DNA of 61,194 nt, filler included. It is 5 parts of 5 records of this genome, joined end to end, with 100 filler letters (N's around TTAATTAATTAA, not from the genome) between each part and the next. Parts side by side here need not be neighbours in the genome. Positions count along the whole stretch, not along the records: positions 54,461 to 61,194 come from SRR2962707_2518; 4 more parts are not named here. The stretch is one strand, 5' to 3'. The position numbers and the translations under genes were made by a program. The stretch's first letter is position 1, and each line of letters starts with the position of its first letter. The notes under the pieces are model-generated. The model was not told the DNA's origin and did no database searches. It saw only the letters and a program-made list of their open reading frames with translations. Positions 56,567 through 61,194 of the stretch are shown piece by piece.

Positions 56567-58363
56567 ATGAACGGGCGCATTTCCCGCAGAACAGGCATAT
56601 TCCTTACCTTGCTGCTGTGCTTGGCCTTCAATGCTGCCCATGCCGAGCCGGTAGCCTTCCAATGGTTGTCGGTACCTCAGGGGGCCAGGGATGTCGAGGC
56701 GGTCCGCGCCTTCGGCCCTGACCAGTGGCAGACGGTTCCCGCAGGCCAGACCCTGAACCGGGGATTCAGTGACGACGAATTCTGGTTGCAGGTACGGGTA
56801 CCGGCGCAACCCGCCAACCGGGTTCTGGAAGTGGGTTATCCCCTGCTCGATGAAGTGTCGGTGTATTGGGAACTGGATGGCCGGATTATCGAATCCCATC
56901 ACACCGGGGATACCCGGCCGTTCGACAGCCGGCCAATTGTGCACCGCAATTTCGTCTTTCTGGTGCCGTCCAATACCGAGCCGGTCACCGCCTGGATTCG
57001 TGTGCAGACCCAGGGCTCCGTTCAGGTTCCCGTCGCGGTCACACCGTCCGCCGAATTTCTTGCTAACGAGCAGATTTCCTATGGCTGGCAGACCATGTTC
57101 CTGGGGATCGTGGTCGCCCTGGCCCTGTATAACCTGTTTCTGTTCCTGATTGTCCGCCACCAGACCTACCTCTGGTATGTGCTGACGGTTGTCTGTTCCG
57201 GTGCTGTGCAGCTCAACTTCAATGGCCTGCTGTTCCAGTGGTTCTGGCCTGACGTGCCGTGGATCAACCGTTACTTCACTGTGCCGGTGGTCAGTGCCGC
57301 GCTGATTGCGGCCATTGTTTTCACCATGAAATTCCTGTTGGTCAAGAGTTACTCGCGCTGGGGTTATCGGATTCTTCAGGCACTGCTGGCGGTCAACCTG
57401 TTGGGTCTGATCTATGGTTTCCTCGGTTCTTACCAGGTGGGCATTATCTGGATAAGCAGTCTGGCTGCGTTCGCGACCCCGGTGGCCTGGCTGATTGGTA
57501 TCAATGTCTGGCGCAGGGGCCAGATCCTGGGCGGCTTTTATGTACTTGCCTGGACGCCCTTGCTGCTGGGGCATCTGGTGCTGGCGGTCAGCAAGCTGGG
57601 TTGGATTCCGCGCAGTCCGTTTACCGAGTTGGCGCCCCAGGCCGGGGTGGCGGTTGAGGTGATTCTGCTGTCGTTTGCCCTGGCCTACCGGATCAACATG
57701 GAGCGCCGGCGCCGGCAACAGGCCCAGGAGCATGCCCTGGACATACAGCGCCAGGCCAACCTGACCCTGGAATCCCGGGTTCGGGAACGCACCGAGGAGC
57801 TGGAGCAGGCAAACGAGCAGTTGCGGGCCATCAGTCTGACCGATGGCCTGACTCACGTCGCCAACCGGCGCCGGTTTGATGAGAAACTGGAAACCGAGTG
57901 GAACCGGGCGTTGCGTCACGAGCATGAACTGAGCCTGATTCTGCTGGATATTGACCACTTCAAGCAGGTGAACGACCGCTTCGGTCATCTGGTGGGGGAC
58001 GATTGCCTGGTGGCGCTGGCCTCGATTCTGTCCGATGAAGTCCAGCGCTCTGGGGACCTGGTGGCTCGTTACGGCGGTGAGGAGTTCGCCATTCTGCTGC
58101 CCACCACGGATGTAGCCGGCGCGCAGCAAGTGGCGGAACGGATGCGGCTGTCGGTCGCCCGAACGCCGGTCAACAGCGGCGAGCACATGTCGCCGGTCAG
58201 CCTGACCATCAGTCTCGGTGTGGCGACATTGACCCCCAACCGGCAATCCGATTGTCAGGAACTGATTCGCCGCGCCGATGAGGCGCTCTATGCCGCCAAG
58301 TCTGATGGGCGCAATCGGGTGGTGGTCTGGCACCCGAAAGCGGTTGCGCCCACCACCGGCTGA
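56567..58363 (+). CDS. 7TM-DISM sensor diguanylate cyclase
   Basis: Signal peptide, DISMED2-like periplasmic domain, 7TM region (LALYNLFLF...LSFALAYR), coiled coil, DIDHFKQVND, RSGD I-site and GGEEF. Confidence 0.92.
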   Translation: MNGRISRRTGIFLTLLLCLAFNAAHAEPVAFQWLSVPQGARDVEAVRAFGPDQWQTVPAGQTLNRGFSDDEFWLQVRVPAQPANRVLEVGYPLLDEVSVYWELDGRIIESHHTGDTRPFDSRPIVHRNFVFLVPSNTEPVTAWIRVQTQGSVQVPVAVTPSAEFLANEQISYGWQTMFLGIVVALALYNLFLFLIVRHQTYLWYVLTVVCSGAVQLNFNGLLFQWFWPDVPWINRYFTVPVVSAALIAAIVFTMKFLLVKSYSRWGYRILQALLAVNLLGLIYGFLGSYQVGIIWISSLAAFATPVAWLIGINVWRRGQILGGFYVLAWTPLLLGHLVLAVSKLGWIPRSPFTELAPQAGVAVEVILLSFALAYRINMERRRRQQAQEHALDIQRQANLTLESRVRERTEELEQANEQLRAISLTDGLTHVANRRRFDEKLETEWNRALRHEHELSLILLDIDHFKQVNDRFGHLVGDDCLVALASILSDEVQRSGDLVARYGGEEFAILLPTTDVAGAQQVAERMRLSVARTPVNSGEHMSPVSLTISLGVATLTPNRQSDCQELIRRADEALYAAKSDGRNRVVVWHPKAVAPTTG

Positions 58364-58365
58364 CC

Positions 58366-58752
58366 TCAGTTCTTGAGCTTGTACCGACCCGGCCCCAGGA
58401 AAATCAGCGCCAGTGCGGTGAACAGGAAGAAGCCCTGAAGTTCCAGCGCCCAGCCGCCATTGCTGCTCAGGGTCAACAGCTGATGGCCATGCACCAGGGC
58501 GATGGCAACGATCATGTTGAAGACAATGATCAGGGCGCCAATGCGGGTCTGGTATCCGAGAATCACCATCAGCGGTGCAATGACTTCCCCGATATAGACG
58601 CCGTAGGCCAGGATCGTGGGCAGGCCATGGCTGGCCAGCTGGCCTTCGATAAAGCCAATGCCATTGAGCAGTTTGGCGATGCCGTGGAACAGCAGTAACC
58701 CGCCCAGTGTCAGCCGTACAATCAGTTTTCCAAGATCGGCATTATCCAGCAC
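58366..58752 (-). CDS. DoxX-family membrane protein
   Basis: GAGGAGG RBS + GTG 58752; RL.LG.LLLFHG.AK, GWALELQ and GPGRY. Confidence 0.88.
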   Translation of the reverse strand: MLDNADLGKLIVRLTLGGLLLFHGIAKLLNGIGFIEGQLASHGLPTILAYGVYIGEVIAPLMVILGYQTRIGALIIVFNMIVAIALVHGHQLLTLSSNGGWALELQGFFLFTALALIFLGPGRYKLKN

Positions 58753-58832
58753 GTTTGGCCTCCTCAGTGTTGTTCGGGAGGGCAAGAATACTGTTTTTCC
58801 GGAGGCAATTCAGTGACGTGTTGTTATTAAAC

Positions 58833-59519
58833 TCAGCACGACGGCCCGAGGGCGAAGCGGATGTGGTTCCGCTCCAGCAGGTTTTCCCAGTACTGTCGCA
58901 TCCAGTCCCAGGCCTGGTTATTGACCTGGTCGATGAAGGGTTCCAGGTCCAGGTCGTAGTAATCCGGGGTGCCGGCAATCTGGAGTACGGTAACGGTAAT
59001 GGCATCGTCCAGCTCATTGGCGAAGGGTTCACCAATGAGCTCGTGCACCAACAGGTTGGCCCGGGTGGCTTCCAGGTCAATCAGTTCGCTGGCGCGGGTA
59101 GAGCGGTTGTTATCGTGCATTTCTTCCATCAACCGGTGACACAGGTAGGCGCGTATGAGCAGCCCGTCCAGGCCATCGTAGCGGACCAGCAGTACCGAGG
59201 GCTGGGTGAAGTAGCGGGTAGCGGCATCAATGAAGGGTTGGAACAGTTCGGTTATGCCGGCTTCCCGGGCACAGGCGTCAACACATTCCACCAGCCTGGG
59301 CGCCATTTCAATGTATTCCACAGCGAACTGGAACAGGGACGTTGCCGGTTGATAGCCATCCACCACCACCGAACCCGGCAGCCGGGCAGCTTTCTCTTTC
59401 ATCTGGCGTAAGAAGGCGCCGGATCGTGCTTCCTGGCGCCTTGCCTGATCGATGATTTCAAGGACGGCCTGTGGTGTCATTTCAGGAGATGCCGAAGTCT
59501 GAACAATTTGAGGTCGCAA
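58833..59519 (-). CDS. Conserved hypothetical all-alpha protein
   Basis: GGGAGG RBS + TTG; 228 aa of amphipathic helices; GLDGLL..AYL.HRL.EE motif; no function recognised. Confidence 0.75.
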   Translation of the reverse strand: MRPQIVQTSASPEMTPQAVLEIIDQARRQEARSGAFLRQMKEKAARLPGSVVVDGYQPATSLFQFAVEYIEMAPRLVECVDACAREAGITELFQPFIDAATRYFTQPSVLLVRYDGLDGLLIRAYLCHRLMEEMHDNNRSTRASELIDLEATRANLLVHELIGEPFANELDDAITVTVLQIAGTPDYYDLDLEPFIDQVNNQAWDWMRQYWENLLERNHIRFALGPSC

Positions 59520-59671
59520 GGCGCCTCCCGTTCTATCAAGGAGTAACCGGAGGCAGGAAAGCAGGGGCTGGCTACCGCAACATGCCTGCCGTTTCTGACT
59601 AGTGTAGCCAAGATTTGTTGCCTTGCTGCCTGTACTGGCAAATTTAACGGTTACGGTGTGTATAGCTGGCG

Positions 59672-61018
59672 TCAGCGTGCATCAAACCACCGGCCCTCGC
59701 GGGTATAACGCCAGCACAACCAGCCCATGCTTCCGGCTCGCGCCAGCATCAGCGTGATGAGCGAAAACCAGAGTCCGTGGTTGCCCCACCCGGTGGTCAG
59801 CCACCAGACCGGCAGAAACACAGCCAGCGCTGAAAACAGCATGGTGTTCTGCATTTCCCGGGTGCGGGTGGCGCCGATGAACACACCATCAAGCAGAAAA
59901 CCCCAGACCGAGGCAAATGGCAGCAGCCAGAGCCAGGGCAGGTATTGCCAGGCGGTAGTTCGCACCTCCTCCAGACCGGTCAGCAGGCTGATCAGCCAGC
60001 GGCCGCCGAGCACGAACGCAACGGTCAGCAACAACGCGCCCCAGATTGACCAGCGCAGGGCGCTCAGGAAGACCATGCGGAACCGGCGCCGGCTGTTCTG
60101 GCCAATGGCCTCACCCACCAAAGCTTCGGCAGCATTGGCGAAACCGTCCAGGGCATTGGAAATCACCAGCAAAAAGGTGATCAGCACGGCGTTGGCGGCC
60201 AGGATGACATCGCCCTGCCGGGCACCCTGAGCGGTGAAAAACGCCAGTACCAGCAGCAGGGCAATGGTGCGAACCATGATGTAACGGTTCACCTGCAGAA
60301 TGGTCAGGTAGTCTGCCAGCTGCCCGAACAGCGCGCGGGTCAGTCGCTGGCCTTCGGGCATCCTCCGGAGCACGATGGCAAACCCGATCAGGGCAGCACC
60401 GTATTCCGCCATCACGGTGGCCATGGCCACGCCCCGGCTGTTCCAGCCCAGTACCGTAACGAAGAACACGTCCAGCACAATGTTGATGCCGTTGGCGATG
60501 ATCAGCATCACCATGGGGCCGCGGGGGAACTGGGTGCCGATCAGCCAGCCCACCAGGGTGTACTGGCACAGCACCGCGGGCGCACTCCAGATACGGATGG
60601 CTGCGTATTCTGCGGCCAGAGCCGCCACCTCAGGGCTGGGATTCATCAGCTCCAGACCGATCCGGATCAACGGTTGGTGAAACAGGATCAGTAACAGCCC
60701 GATGCCGATGGCCAGCAGGATTGAGCGTAATAGCAGCGCGACCTGAGCAAAGGCATCCCGTTTGCCCCAGGCCTGCGCCGCCAGACCGGTGGTGCCCATG
60801 CGCATGAAGCCGAAGGTCCAGTACAGAATGCTGAACAGGTTGGCGCCCACGGCGACCGCGCCCAGGTATTCCGGACTGTGCAGATGGCCGAGCACGGCGG
60901 TGTCCACCAGGCCCAGCAGGGGCACGGTGAGATTGGTCAGCATCAGTGGCCAGGCCAGTGCCCACAGGCGTCGGTCAATGATGCCGGGCGCACGCTGTTT
61001 ATTCTTTATGCTTCTCAA
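59672..61018 (-). CDS. dinF: MATE-family efflux transporter (DinF-like)
   Basis: LAWPLML.NLTVPLLGLVDTAVLGHL, FMRMGTTGL.AQ, LDGFANAAE and WGNHGLW; TTG start. Confidence 0.9.
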   Translation of the reverse strand: MRSIKNKQRAPGIIDRRLWALAWPLMLTNLTVPLLGLVDTAVLGHLHSPEYLGAVAVGANLFSILYWTFGFMRMGTTGLAAQAWGKRDAFAQVALLLRSILLAIGIGLLLILFHQPLIRIGLELMNPSPEVAALAAEYAAIRIWSAPAVLCQYTLVGWLIGTQFPRGPMVMLIIANGINIVLDVFFVTVLGWNSRGVAMATVMAEYGAALIGFAIVLRRMPEGQRLTRALFGQLADYLTILQVNRYIMVRTIALLLVLAFFTAQGARQGDVILAANAVLITFLLVISNALDGFANAAEALVGEAIGQNSRRRFRMVFLSALRWSIWGALLLTVAFVLGGRWLISLLTGLEEVRTTAWQYLPWLWLLPFASVWGFLLDGVFIGATRTREMQNTMLFSALAVFLPVWWLTTGWGNHGLWFSLITLMLARAGSMGWLCWRYTREGRWFDAR

Positions 61019-61194
61019 AACTCTGCACTTATCTTATTTGGATTTAAGGATTTTTTAGTCTTTTTTTGATCTGTGTCTATACTCAATTTTGATGTATCCA
61101 TAAGCAGGCTTTCACTCGGGGATTTCCGACGGTTGCGAGTGCCATCGGTAAATTTCGGAGGGATGACGCAAAATCCGACAAGAATAACACTCTG

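Noticed and set aside
61071..61086. Gammaproteobacterial LexA box upstream of dinF (CTGTGTCTATACTCAA)
   Set aside because: The right half is TCAA rather than ACAG, breaking the invariant CAG.
61155..61180. GACGCAAAA as part of a c-di-GMP-I riboswitch
   Set aside because: The upstream GGCAAA/GNRA stem and the downstream P3 elements are not visible.
1..61194. CRISPR arrays, rRNA/tRNA genes, transposases, integrases, prophage or defence genes
   Set aside because: I saw no spaced direct repeats or such motifs by eye, and intergenic gaps are short; a covariance-model scan was not possible.

Overview
This window is not one locus. It is five unrelated contigs joined by four artificial 100-nt spacers (44 N + TTAATTAATTAA + 44 N) at 9639-9738, 27483-27582, 37265-37364 and 54361-54460. 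Taxonomic labels below are inferred from gene order and protein style only. (1) 1-9638, Roseobacter-group-like: fdxA, S4/Hsp15, Suv3-like helicase, TPR protein, SCP2 + lysophospholipase, ligase-associated exonuclease + ATP-dependent DNA ligase, pepF. (2) 9739-27482, high-GC alphaproteobacterium (Parvibaculum-like): rdgB-hemW, maiA, LpoA-like lipoprotein, rsmI-yraN-BON-SirB1-gshB, dipeptidase, HugZ-like protein, LprI-like protein, comM, PAS hybrid kinase, ampG, olsB. (3) 27583-37264, Devosia/Pelagibacterium-like: nadA-nadB, DUF2277, beta-carbonic anhydrase, serine hydrolase, AraC, MarR, creatininase-LysR-DUF1007/RcnA fusion, hemH. (4) 37365-54360, Roseobacter-group-like: phnCDEE-acetyltransferase-phnGHI-histidine phosphatase-phnJ, a hexuronate cluster, and Lrp/cysG/DUF2849/cysI. 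(5) 54461-61194, Marinobacter-like: yheV, YuiF-like transporter, DUF1653, 7TM-DISM diguanylate cyclase, DoxX, conserved hypothetical, MATE. I saw no CRISPR array, rRNA, tRNA, transposase or integrase, and no clearly new multi-gene system. The best leads are: a ShkA-like kinase with a putative c-di-GMP-binding pseudo-receiver, extra TM/PAS input and an altered DDR latch; a degenerate histidine phosphatase coupled inside the C-P lyase core of a phn cluster that has no local phnF but keeps Pho boxes and an operator-like site; a DUF1007-RcnA fusion; a strong Fur-type box before the HugZ-like gene; and an alphaproteobacterial SOS box before comM.
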